From the NCBI GenBank assembly GCA_051362555.1, contig JBPQGU010000016.1, forward strand, positions 4,402,001-4,466,000: 64,000 bases of DNA, in the 5' to 3' direction. The translations under genes and the position numbers were made by a program. The notes under the pieces were generated by a model. That model was not told the origin of the DNA. It made no database searches and saw only the letters and a program-made list of their open reading frames with translations. Positions 30,001 to 41,299 of the stretch are shown here, piece by piece. This stretch comes from Lingula anatina (lineage: Eukaryota > Animalia > Brachiopoda). The first letter of the stretch is position 1, and every line of letters starts with the position of its first letter.

Positions 30001-32338
30001 GGGGGGGGGGAGACAGAGTTTTTGCTCTATTTCTTCCTTAATGTTGACACCACCACTCTTCCAGCACTTTATTCTTACTACAAATGACCGAACACACCTA
30101 CCTGACACTATAATGAAGAAAAAAAATTTTCATCCGTACCTGGCCAAAATTGAAGAAATCTCACAGTGCCGGCACTGTTCAAAATCACTCAAAATCACCA
30201 AAAATCGACCCGTCTCCGATTTTTCCAAAAAGTGACGAAAATCAATCTACCACACCTGTCATTCATAAAAAATGTGGAAACGCGCCCGGGTCACTTCATC
30301 AAGGCCCCCAATTCTAGCTTTAAAGATGATCCAAAAATAAGCTCTGAGAACAGAATCTGAGAGGGGGGGGGGGGGGGAGACAGAGTTTTTGCTCTATTTC
30401 TTCCTTAATGTTGACACCACCACTCTTCCAGCACTTTATTCTTACTACAAATGACCGAACACACCTACCTGACACTATAATGAAGAAAAAAATTTTCATC
30501 CCTACCTGGCCAAAATTGAAGAAATCTCACAGTGCCGGCACTGTTCAAAATCACTCAAAATCACCAAAAATCGACCCGTCTCCGATTTTTCCAAAAAGTG
30601 ACGAAAATCAATCTACCACACCTGTCATTCATAAAAAAATGTGGAAACGCGCCCGGGTCACTTCATCAAGGCCCCCAATTCTAGCTTTAAAGATGATCCA
30701 AAAATAAGCTCTGAGAACAGAATCTGAGAGGGGGGGGGGGGGAGACAGAGTTTTTGCTCTATTTCTTCCTTAATGTTGACACCACCACTCTTCCAGCACT
30801 TTATTCTTACTACAAATGACCGAACACACCTACCTGACACTATAATGAAGAAAAAAAATTTTCATCCGTACCTGGCCAAAATTGAAGAAATCTCACAGTG
30901 CCGGCACTGTTCAAAATCACTCAAAATCACCAAAAATCGACCCGTCTCCGATTTTTCCAAAAAGTGACGAAAATCAATCTACCACACCTGTCATTCATAA
31001 AAAAATGTGGAAACGCGCCCGGGTCACTTCATCAAGGCCCCCAATTCTAGCTTTAAAGATGATCCAAAAATAAGCTCTGAGAACAGAATCTGAGAGGGGG
31101 GGGGGGGGGAGACAGAGTTTTTGCTCTATTTCTTCCTTAATGTTGACACCACCACTCTTCCAGCACTTTATTCTTACTACAAATGACCGAACACACCTAC
31201 CTGACACTATAATGAAGAAAAAAAATTTTCATCCGTACCTGGCCAAAATTGAAGAAATCTCACAGTGCCGGCACTGTTCAAAATCACTCAAAATCACCAA
31301 AAATCGACCCGTCTCCGATTTTTCCAAAAAGTGACGAAAATCAATCTACCACACCTGTCATTCATAAAAAATGTGGAAACGCGCCCGGGTCACTTCATCA
31401 AGGCCCCCAATTCTAGCTTTAAAGATGATCCAAAAATAAGCTCTGAGAACAGAATCTGAGAGGGGGGGGGGGGGGGGAGACAGAGTTTTTGCTCTATTTC
31501 TTCCTTAATGTTGACACCACCACTCTTCCAGCACTTTATTCTTACTACAAATGACCGAACACACCTACCTGACACTATAATGAAGAAAAAAAATTTTCAT
31601 CCCTACCTGGCCAAAATTGAAGAAATCTCACAGTGCCGGCACTGTTCAAAATCACTCAAAATCACCAAAAATCGACCCGTCTCCGATTTTTCCAAAAAGT
31701 GACGAAAATCAATCTACCACACCTGTCATTCATTAAAAATGTGGATACGCGCCCAGGTCACTTCATCAAGGCCCCCAATTCTAGCTTTAAAGATGATCCA
31801 AAAATAAGCTCTGAGAACAGAATCTGAGAGGGGGGGGGGGAGACAGAGCTTTTGCTCTATTTCTTCCTTAATGTTGACACCACCACTCTTCCAGCACTTT
31901 ATTCTTACTACAAATGACCGAACACACCTACCTGACACTATAATGAAGAAAAAAAATTTTCATCCCTACCTGGCCAAAATTGAAGAAATCTCACAGTGCC
32001 GGCACTGTTCAAAATCACTCAAAATCACCAAAAATCGACCCGTCTCCGATTTTTCCAAAAAGTGATGAAAATCAATCTACCACACCTGTCATTCATAAAA
32101 AATGTGGAAACGCGCCCGGGTCACTTCATCAAGGCCCCCAATTCTAGCTTTAAAGATGATCCAAAAATAAGCTCTGAGAACAGAATCTGAGAGGGGGGGG
32201 GAGACAGAGTTTTTGCTCTATTTCTTCCTTAATGTTGACACCACCACTCTTCCAGCACTTTATTCTTACTACAAATGACCGAACACACCTACCTGACACT
32301 ATAATGAAGAAAAAAAATTTTCATCCCTACCTGGCCAA
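1..32338 (+). repeat. Tandem satellite array, ~362-bp monomer, ~89 copies (left array; continues beyond window start)
   Basis: The same landmark recurs at 77, 439, 801, 1164 ... 31996 (mean spacing ~362.7 bp). Monomers differ by 0-4 substitutions plus G-run length. The array stops abruptly after ...ccctacctggccaa at 32338. Confidence 0.99.
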
Positions 32339-33143
32339 TCACGGACTGTTATACACGAATGAAGTTCTGCGTGAAAAATTAGTGATTGTTTTCAGTTTTT
32401 TTCCTGACAATTTTTTGTGTGTTGCTAGTGGTTAATTTGGTGTCAAGTACCAGGTTGGGGCCTAAATTGCTTCTTATTTTTGGGCGAGACCTGGCTCAGT
32501 GCTGTACAGTTTCGGACATCTGGCGGAGGGAGCTTACGACTGTGAGCAGTGCAGTGGTTTGTTTACAAACAAGAGAATGCACATGTTCAATTACAGTACT
32601 GCCGGTATGAAAAGTAACTTTTTGACACTTAAGTTTTGTGGCATTGGGAGTTACGTCAGTGAGTCTGCTGTCTATGAGAATAGGAAATGTTTCACCAAAA
32701 TATTCTGTTCATGCAGTTTTGCAGGAATTTTTTAGTGCGGCCGTCAATATCTCCGGAGCTACAAAGCTGAATGACTTCTCACTGAATGCAGCTCGATAGA
32801 ATTAGTCCCAAAAACATCTTTCATAAAATTTATAATTCTACAGAAATAGGGAGATTTTTTGCTCTGTTTAATAATTACATGAAAACTTATGTGGCGAAGG
32901 GAGTCACCGGGGTGTTTTGTCATGGGAATTAAAAAAATTATGCATTTATGCTCCTCTCTGTACAAACCTATGTACTTTTTGGAGTAGAATTGCAGTAGGC
33001 TATTCTGCAAATATGCTCCCGCCGCTTTGCTACTTCGATACTACTGCATTTTCGTGCGGGTAACTAAAAAGAAATATGTAATTATTAAAGGTGGGGGTGC
33101 AAATGTGTGTGCCTAGATACACAGCAGCTAAGAAATTCCTTAA
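32339..33143. mobile_element. Probable terminal fragment of an unclassified DNA transposon abutting the satellite
   Basis: Non-coding stretch with transposon-like subterminal motifs (caatatctccggagctacaaagc...), ending in ...gaaattcc|TTAA, compatible with an RR terminus plus TTAA target as in Kolobok. No partner TIR found. Confidence 0.3.
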
Positions 33144-33489
33144 CCCGGGACATCTGTTATCACCTTGCCTTGGTCAACTACTAGAGGTAAAAATGTGCAG
33201 ACAAACTACCATCCTACTACCTACTACTAACTAACCAGACTAATTTCCTATAAACAAAACGTTGATGTATTACCAAAAAGTTAATACCACCACTAAAACA
33301 AACCATTTGCTACATAAATACAATTAATTATCTTAATTGAAGTTTGGTGGTTTCCGTTGTTATCATGATGTGTCAAACAATCAGTTTGAAAAAGAAACTG
33401 ATTGTTGAAGAAATTTGCCCGTAGCTCCTTATTATTAGGCCTCACATTTTAGAATAAATTACATTTATGTACTAATATTAGGATTTAAA

Positions 33490-33635
33490 ACAAACTCTAA
33501 GTGCAAGAATCACACTGCGACACACCAGTTTGAAACTCTTTCTTTACCAGAACAGTCTCCGAGTGGAATGAACGAAGTGACCAACAAGTTACTGCTGAAA
33601 CTGTGGAAGGCTTTAGATCCGGCCTACACCGTCAT
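33490..33635 (+). mobile_element. 3' fragment of a CR1/L2-group LINE (ORF2 C-terminus)
   Basis: 33534-33629 translates NSFFTRTVSEWNERSDQQVTAETVEGFRSGLH, matching the SFFPRT..WN.L....V.A.SV..FK..L C-terminal pattern of this LINE group. Confidence 0.7.
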
Positions 33636-33708
33636 TTCCCATGCGCTCTCTCTTCCCGTCTATCATATACCAGCAGTTTTTTATTTTTTTTAAGATACAG
33701 ATAGGTAC

Positions 33709-33781
33709 CATGTGGCGGATCCAGGGGCGGATCCAGGAATATTTGAAGGGGGCGGGCCGACCCCGCCCCCCCCCCCTCCCT
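33709..33781. mobile_element. Solo terminus of a GGCGGATCCAG-type MITE
   Basis: gtggcggatccaggggcggatccagga followed by G/C runs. The same terminal motif occurs at 44869-45142, 48563-48775, 48176 and ~50257-50272. Confidence 0.55.
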
Positions 33782-34422
33782 GTACAGACAGCTTGTTCAA
33801 AATATACTATAAGAGAATGTTTACAACTGCTGATTCCCTGTGTTTACAGATCACGAAATTAATATGCGCCAGCAGAGCCATATCACCGTCGTTATTCGGA
33901 TATTGATTTGTTCTTGATTTGTTTGAGCTTCTTTGTTCAGGCGAGGGTGAGGACCACTGCTAAGTCCATTCCTGATCCCAAATTAAGCGATATTGAAAAC
34001 TCTGTTTCTGAGTGAGTGTCTTTTAAATGTGCTTAAATATCTCCAATAGATCTTATCAAACATATTTATATACAGGTACATGTATATACAGCATTGGTCA
34101 AAAAGGTTGTCCCACCCCCATTTCCATGTACTTTTATTTACAAATGATACGCCTCACAGCTGTGAACTGTTTGAAATAGTGCTTTTTATCACGGATACCG
34201 TGTCTAACATGATTAATGGTTTAAAAAATACAAAATAGTGGTGAAAATATACATATTTTATACCATTTAGTAAAATTTATAAGAGGTACCCCCTCAAATC
34301 GACTGTTTCACTGTTACTTCTACAGATGTAAAGAAATGTCTATAAAATTGAAAAGGTGCCATCAAATGTCACCAAATTCACACACAATTAGCATTAGGGT
34401 GTGCTCGTTAAAGATCACGTGC

Positions 34423-35040
34423 CTAACAGCGTGTGCGTCTACCGCGTACTGCAATTATCTCCTGTAGACGGCGCGACAAGCCTTCAACATGGGTAACAAT
34501 TCTGTTATGTGGGATATTGTCCCATTCATCCTAAAGAGCATGGCGGAATTGGTCAAGATTATTTAGGAATTGGTTCTCCTCTGCAATGCACATTCCAATT
34601 TATGCCACAGGTGCTCAGTAGGATTAATATCAGGACTCAAAGACGGTTGTCCCATCCTCAGAGCCCTGTGTTTCTGCAACAAATCGTTTGCCAGACGAGA
34701 GCTGTGAGCAAGTGCGTCGTCACAATGAAGCCAGTAGTATCCCTGAAGTCACCTCTTGCAAATGGAATGAGATTTCTGTTGATAATGTTACATCAAAATG
34801 CCCCTGTTACGTTTTGTTCCAAAAGGAACAATGTACTAATACCATGGGCTTGGAATGTTCTCCAAATGCGGATTGATCTAACACCTCAGGCGATATTATC
34901 CTGCACGCACCCTTCCAAGAGGCATTTTTTAACATGTCTATGGACCCTCTTTGACCATCGATGGGATACAAGAAATAATTTGATTCTGCATCAAAATCAA
35001 CTTCCTTCCAGTGATGGATGGCCAGGTTCAGGTGCCTGTG
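34423..35040 (-). pseudogene. Tc1-type DDE transposase remnant (catalytic domain and C-terminus)
   Basis: With frameshifts and stops the minus strand reads HHWKEVDFDAESNYFLYPIDG ... DDALAHSSRLA ... SLSPDINPTEHLW ... DEWDNIP ... GLSRRLQEIIAVRGRRTRC*. These are degenerate FSDES, DNA.PH, SPDLNPIE.LW and C-terminal RRL.AVI..RG..T.Y motifs. Confidence 0.88.
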
Positions 35041-35044
35041 GGAT

Positions 35045-35421
35045 CACTGAACGTAGCATTCTCAGCTGATATCTCATTCCATCTTCAAGAACTGACTTTG
35101 GGGTTAACTTCAGGCTTTATCATGACTGCACACTTGCTCACACCTCTCGCCTGGCAACTGTTTGTTGAAGAAACATAATGGTCTAAGGATGGAACCACCA
35201 TCTTTGAGCCCTGATATCAAACTTACTAATCAACTGTGACATGTATTGGAGTGTGCAATGCAAAGGAGAACCAACCTCATAAAAACGTGGACCAACTCCC
35301 CCAACTTGTTTGAGAAGAAGAATACAATATCCCACAAAACAGAATTGTAACCCGAGTTGAAGGCTTGTCGCGCCGTCTACAGGAAATAATTGCAGTACGC
35401 GGTAGACGCACACGCTGTTAG
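35045..35421 (+). pseudogene. Second, inverted copy of the Tc1 transposase C-terminal region
   Basis: The plus strand reads HDCTLAHTSRLA ... SPDIK ... GLSRRLQEIIAVRGRRTRC* (stop 35419-35421), mirroring 34423-34790. Confidence 0.85.
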
Positions 35422-36223
35422 GCACGTGATCTTTAATGAGCACACCCTAATGCTAATTGTGTGTGAATTTGGTGACATTTGATGGCGTCTTTTTAATTTT
35501 ATAGTCATTTCTTTACATCTTTAGAAGTCACAGTGAAACAGTCGATTTGAGGGGGTACCTCTTATAAATTTTACTAAATGGTATAAAATATGTATATTTT
35601 CACCACTATTTTGTATTTTTTAAACCATTAATCATGTTAGACACGGTATACGTAATAAAAAACACTATTTCTAACAATTAACAGCTGTTAGGTGATCATT
35701 TGTAAATAAAAGTACATGGAAATGGGGGTGGGACAACCTTTTTGACCAATGCTGTATAAGGGTTGCTTTGCATTCTTTGCATTTGAAAAAGGGCACATAC
35801 TTTAATAACATTATTACAATAATCTATTTTAATTTTGATAAGAAACTTAATCAAAAACTTTATTGCAAATGTGTTATTTAAACTTTATGGATTAAATGGA
35901 TTAATCTAAAATTTTAAATAAATGCGTGTTTTGTTTCTATATCAAGTGTACCCATGTCCACAAGTAGAAGCGGTGGATGGAAGCAGTGGTTCTGATGTTC
36001 TGGTTGTGACCAGTAGGCCTAAACCACAGCAGGGACTTAATTGCTATAAAGCAGACCGACATACATCTCTAAACAGATGGAACTTATATTGTCTTTCATT
36101 AAATAACATAGAGCTTTACATTTAAAGGCAAGACACACTTTGAGAAGGAGTAAGATGAAAATAACATGGGTTGGCATCCTAAAATATAATTTGAGTATGA
36201 CTTATTACCCTCTATTCCTTTGG

Positions 36224-36227
<4 letters not shown>

Positions 36228-36306
<79 letters not shown>
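36228..36306. repeat. (TA)n microsatellite, ~39 units
   Basis: Uninterrupted TA run. Confidence 0.98.
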
Positions 36307-36308
<2 letters not shown>

Positions 36309-36517
36309 ACAAAAGGAACATGAACAATTTATTTCTTAGAGGGGGGGGGTTACCTATTCAGCTGATAGCAGTGAAAATCCATGCCAAGTCTGGTCGATCA
36401 ATGTAGACCTGTGGTGTCTATAGGAATGTGTCCTAAATCCCACCAAGTGTTGTTTTAGGAATTGTCGCACCACATACTTATGATGTCCGTGTTTCGATAT
36501 ATCCCATTTATCCATAG

Positions 36518-37235
36518 TTGATGGCAGAATGGACAGCCCAGGACATAGTGCACAATATTGCGCGAGCATTATTGTTGACTATGAAACAGGGGATGTGTTG
36601 GAAGCAGAAGTTGTAAGGAAGAAAGAAACCAAGCTGAGTAGCTCTGTAATGGAGAAGGAAGGGTTTGTCAGGGCTATGGATTTCCTGAAAAAAAAAAGGA
36701 ATCAGTGCAACAGAAGTGGTCAAAGATGCCCTTGTTGCACACTTGAGTACAAAGTGCTGTTTAGGTTTTACTTTAATAATTAGAAAGCAAATTTAGTATG
36801 TGAAATGTATCTACATGTATGTGATTATTTACTTGCAATTCTTGCTATTTTTTTGTTATATCTCTCTATATATTTAGCTAAATTTTTCTTATTTCAGAAA
36901 AAAAAAATGAATCGGGATAAAACATTCGTGGGACATTTGGCATGGGGCAAAAATCTTGGAAAGAAGATAATCACTGTGAGTAGATATGCATGAGAACAAC
37001 ACAAACTATTGCACCATTTTCCATATCTTCAGGTAGAAAAAATAAATGAGTTTTTTCCATCATGGACATTTTCCTTTTTAATAGAGTTATGCATTAAGAA
37101 TTAAATAGCTGTCTTGCAATTTTATATTTTAGGCTGAACAGACAAGGAGGACAAGAGATCTGGTTGCATGGACCAAAGGCATATTACACTCTCACTTTTG
37201 GGAATGTGAGCAAGACCACAGATAATATTTGTTGA
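36518..37235 (+). pseudogene. Intron-containing Kolobok-type DDE transposase relic (three exons: ~36518-36746, 36898-36975, 37133-~37235)
   Basis: Exon 1 DGRMDSPGHSAQYC...KKETKLSSSVMEKEGF, then a frameshift in an A-run to EVVKDA. Exon 2 GIKHSWDIWHGAKNLGKKIIT, flanked by tttcag and gtgagt. Exon 3 follows ttttag and reads AEQ...LVAWTKGI...HFWEC. The DG..DSPGH.A.YC, MEK.G, DIWH..K and HFW motifs are those I associate with Kolobok transposases. Confidence 0.78.
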
Positions 37236-37274
37236 GATAATTCTGCAGTTTAGTGTTGTGTTTATTTATTTAAT

Positions 37275-38000
37275 CACCATTTAGATATTGCTCCGGCATC
37301 TCAAACGTTTTTAAATCAACGGAAAGAATTCTTTTTTTTTTTTTTTTGGTACTTTCGTTTGGCCTTTCTTCAGCACCGTTTATTTTTAGTAAAATACTTA
37401 GACGTTTAGTTGGGTATTGGAGAAAAATGGAATCCCCATTGTTGTTTATTTAGATGACGGTATTGTGTCTGAAAATTCTCTAGAAAAATATATTACATTT
37501 AAAACTACATTCTAAAAAAATTAAAATGGATCTGTTTAAAGCAGATTTTGTTTTAAACGCTGAAAAAAGTAAATTAGAACCAGTCAACAAATTGGAATGG
37601 TTGGGGATTATTTGGGACATGGAAGTAAGGGGATTGTTTATTCCCGAAAGAAGGCTTTCTACATGTACTAGTAATACTCTGTGTCTTTTAGACGAATTGG
37701 TTTCAGATTTACCGTATATAACAGCTATAAAATTGGCGAGGGTTACAGGTAAAATTATTTCTGTTTTATTATTATGTCTCCATTGATTGGAAATGTATCT
37801 AGATAAATAACTAGAGGAAGTATTGGGATTTTAATATTAATATTAAAGACGAATGTCTTGCATTAAAGAATTAATTTTTGGAAAGACAATTTAGTTTTCT
37901 TTTTTTTTTTTAAATGAGAAAAGTCTACGTGTACAAAGCTTGCCTAATAAGTTAAAAACGGTCTATTCAGATGCCAGAAAACCCGGTTTGGGACCATTTG
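37275..38000 (+). pseudogene. Reverse transcriptase/RNase H relic of a DIRS/Ngaro-type retrotransposon (copy A)
   Basis: HHLDIAP ... FGLSSAPFIFSKILRRLVGYWR ... IVVYLDDG ... NAEKSKLEP...EWLGIIWD ... LARVTGKIIS ... VYSDA, with multiple frameshifts. Confidence 0.88.
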
Positions 38001-38139
38001 TTTTAAATACGAATAAGTTTTTCATATTTAAAGGGATTTAAAGTAGATGAATAATTGGTCATCTGTTTATAGAATTTAAAACTCACTTTCTTCGAAGGAG
38101 AGATAAACAGACGATCACTGGATCATTGATATAATCGAG

Positions 38140-38310
38140 ATGGCTTTGTTTATGTATTTCTTAGACCGATTTTGATGAATTTTTCAGGAACTGTACGAAG
38201 TGGGCCAAGGAAGAGATGATTATTTTTTGGTGGTGATCTGGATCAATAATCAATCAAAAATCAATAATAATAAAAAATCGCTGCCTTGGCGGAGGTCTGC
38301 GCTCTAGTTA
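38140..38310 (+). mobile_element. HINE/Helentron-like non-autonomous element fragment nested in DIRS/Ngaro copy A
   Basis: Core-like gaccgattttgatgaatttttcagg...gggccaaggaagagatgattattttttggtggtgatctggatc, ending in ccttggcggaggtctgcgctctagtt, a 3' end typical of DINE-1/HINE-like elements. Confidence 0.6.
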
Positions 38311-38519
38311 TCAATGGGTTATCGATACAACATGCTGTAATGGAGTTCTGCAACATTGAAGGAAGGAATGGAAGAAATGGCCATTAGGATCACAATCATT
38401 GATCAATGACAGTTAACATGGACATGATTATTGTCCAGGATGAACAGAGATTATGGGAACGATTGCTAGAGTTTTGTTTTCAAAATTTTTCTTTTTTTCC
38501 TTTTTCATGTTTTCTTGAT

Positions 38520-39142
38520 AATGCTATCCTCCAAGACGTGGAGGTTACAAGCAATAAAAGTTTGAAGGCTTTAGCAGATTCATTACCAGATGTCATTTTG
38601 AAGTCAAGAGCAGACAACACAGTGAGAAAATATTCTTACGGCTTCCAAAAATGGCTTGAACGGTGTAATACGATCGGTGTGACCTCTTTCTTTACAGCGA
38701 AAGACTCGATTGTTGCTTTTTATCTTCAAAATTTGTCACAAACTTGTAATTATTCTGCTGCGGTTTAGACATCTTTTTACACTTTAAAATGGTTTCATGG
38801 TACAGCCAACTGTAAGAAAAATCCGAAATTGCGAGTCAAAATTCGTTATTGCAGTGAAGGAAGCATCTCAGAGACGGAAAGATCATAGAGTAACAAAAAA
38901 GGAACCTGTAACTGCTAAGCACATTTCTCAATTGGTTACTAATTTTATGAGTTCTGAAGTCACTTTGAAGGATCTCCGAGTACTTTCCGTTTGTTTGATT
39001 TCATATGCTGGATTCTAATGCAGGGACTAAAGACAGACTGTTTAAGAAACACGGTAGATGGCGATCTGAAAACACAAAAGACGGTTATGTTAAGGATACT
39101 GTCGAAGAAAGATTATTAGTTTCTAAAAATTTGGGAATTTAA
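38520..39142 (+). pseudogene. Tyrosine recombinase relic of DIRS/Ngaro copy A, internally deleted
   Basis: SRADNTVRKYSYGFQKW ... VAFYLQ ... KKEPVT ... LKDLR...CLISYAGF, then a jump to DRLFKKHGRWRSENTKDGYVKD...RLLVSKNLGI* (stop 39140-39142). The HGRW.S...GY catalytic end is retained. Confidence 0.88.
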
Positions 39143-39859
39143 TTTTTTTTACTTGTCTTCCTCTTTTTTTTGCTATTTCAAATGTTTCACTTCAGTTTGG
39201 CTTCTGTGGCAAGTACTGCAAGTTTTAATTGTTGCTTTTTATTTATTTGAATCAAGAGTGAAGAGATTACAAATTATTTATGAAATTGAATAGATAAATA
39301 AGAACATAATATTAATTTGTTTCACATTGCGCTCCTTCACACACCCCCCCCCTCCCTTCTCTTGGGTACTTTTCCTTCTCTCTGTAATGTTTACGATCTT
39401 TTGTGAATACGACCAGTGTTAAAAAAGGTAAATTTATTAGTATCTCTAAAATCTTAAATTGATAACTTCAATAACTTCCCTTAATCATGGTTATTTTTAT
39501 TTAACTTTGACCACGGACCCGCAGAATCTTCGAGCGGGCCAGTTTATGTCTATTACTTACAATCGACAGCCAGGGGGGCGTACAATACAAAATATTTCAT
39601 CCTACGCAAAGCTACTCCCCGAATGTATGAGCATCATCATTTACTTGTTATACCTATCTTCATTGCTATTTTTAGTTTTTGATTTAATATAAACTAGTTG
39701 TCCTAGAAAAATATTATGTATGGTGACAAATAGGTCTACGCGGGTAATAGCCTTGTCACAATAGTAAAATAATATTCCATAATTTCGCCGTTCTTTGAGA
39801 CCAATTTCCACAGCAACTCCTCAAATGTGCCATGCACTGTACCAGTTGTAATTTGCATA

Positions 39860-40140
39860 AGAAAAAGTCGCGCATCGCAGTGCAAGCTATGCTCCTGGTT
39901 GGTCACTGGATAGCTAGACCCTGTAAGAAGACGACCTGCATTCATTGGTGGTTGGAAGGGTATCACGTGATACGTCAAAAGATGCGCACGCACGTCAGTC
40001 ATTTGACGTTTTGCCGTCGAAGAGTGAACATCGAAAGTGAGCTACCGGCGACGTCTTCCTGCGACTTCGTCCAGTAAAGCGTTGGCGCAACTGTGTGCGA
40101 TGCATTGTTTATTGGGGCATTTGCGTAACGTTAGGCCGAC
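39860..40140 (+). promoter_or_regulatory. CpG-rich promoter-like module (ATTGG, palindromic tatcacgtgata E-box, ACGTCA sites)
   Basis: Local CpG enrichment in an AT-rich background with clustered motifs at 39942-40000. Function is inferred only. Confidence 0.4.
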
Positions 40141-40504
40141 TTTGTTTCATTATGTATAAATGTATATAAATATAAATATGGATGCTACAAACTAATAATG
40201 AAACACTTGAAAAAATGTGCAATTTATGATCAACAAACCGACGAGTAGAGTTGTAAAATGTCACCGTGGCATAGGTATCACATCTCTGTCAGTGTGTAGG
40301 CCTACTATCCTATATACCTGTAGTGACTGTAGCTTGGGCAGAGTAAAATTTGCTGGCAATGTTGATTTGTTATTGACTTTAATTTTTCTGTGTATAATTG
40401 ATAATTTCTTGTTTGAATAAGAATAATAATTAACTCTAGAAATTAAAATAGTAAATTATGACAAGTTGATAATTCAGATAACTATAAGAAAGGGCATGTG
40501 ACAA

Positions 40505-40506
<2 letters not shown>

Positions 40507-40551
<45 letters not shown>
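40507..40551. repeat. Poly(T) tract, 45 nt
   Basis: Direct read. Confidence 0.95.
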
Positions 40552-40552
<1 letters not shown>

Positions 40553-41299
40553 TGGAAAGTAAGCTTGACCAAAGTTTAAGGCAAAGAAAATGTAAAATGA
40601 CAAAATTATCATAAACAAATGGAAGAACTTTGATATGATTATAAACTTTTTATTTCACATATTTCATAAAAACATAATTAACAGTATATTTTATTTCTTA
40701 CATTTCTCTTATAAATTTTATAACTCATTTAACTATTCACAAAATATTGAAATAATATAATAATACTTTTTAAATGATTTAAAAGGGTGACAACCTACAA
40801 ATACATACATAGCACAGGCAAGACTGAAATCCTGATAGAATTCAGATTACTTTAAATTCGTCTTGGTCAGATTTTAATATCACTTTTTTTAAAACTATAA
40901 AATATGCCTTGAATTTCAAGTTAGTTTGCCAGATGCGTACATTACTCAGAGTGAGAAATCATGGTAAATGCATATAATAAGAGACAGAAAATGTAATGTA
41001 TTATCAACATTTACAAATCCTCATATCTGACAGAAATCACAATAAACGAAGTTTTTCCAAGATCTGCAGTATTTAATTTTCTCCAAGTTCATGAGACTTA
41101 CTACTCACTTTACTTAATTAATCAAAACTTAACTTACAAAAGATGAGGGGAATTCTCTATGCAGATAATACAATATTTGATATTGTGACAAACTACTAAT
41201 TTAACATTTGATGACTGAGTAATTAAAAAGCAATCATGTTTATTACAATGTCACACTCCATGAAGGCACAGATTTTGGAAATAACAAACATCATTCCTG

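Larger units (their letters stand above)
34089..35754. mobile_element. Non-autonomous Tc1/mariner-derived foldback element, 1666 bp, TA target duplication
   Basis: TA|cagcattggtcaaaaaggttgtcccacccccatttccatgtac... at 34089 is the reverse complement of ...gtacatggaaatgggggtgggacaacctttttgaccaatgctg|TA at 35754. Inverted similarity extends ~700 bp inward and both arms carry Tc1 transposase remnants. Confidence 0.95.

Noticed and set aside
1-32338. CRISPR array or other repeat-spacer system
   Set aside because: There are no unique spacers because whole monomers repeat. There are no cas genes and the context is eukaryotic.
34509-35069. 186-aa ORF as a real gene
   Set aside because: It is antisense to the Tc1 transposase remnant.
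36140-36406. ORF with a YI repeat
   Set aside because: It is a read-through of the (TA)n microsatellite.
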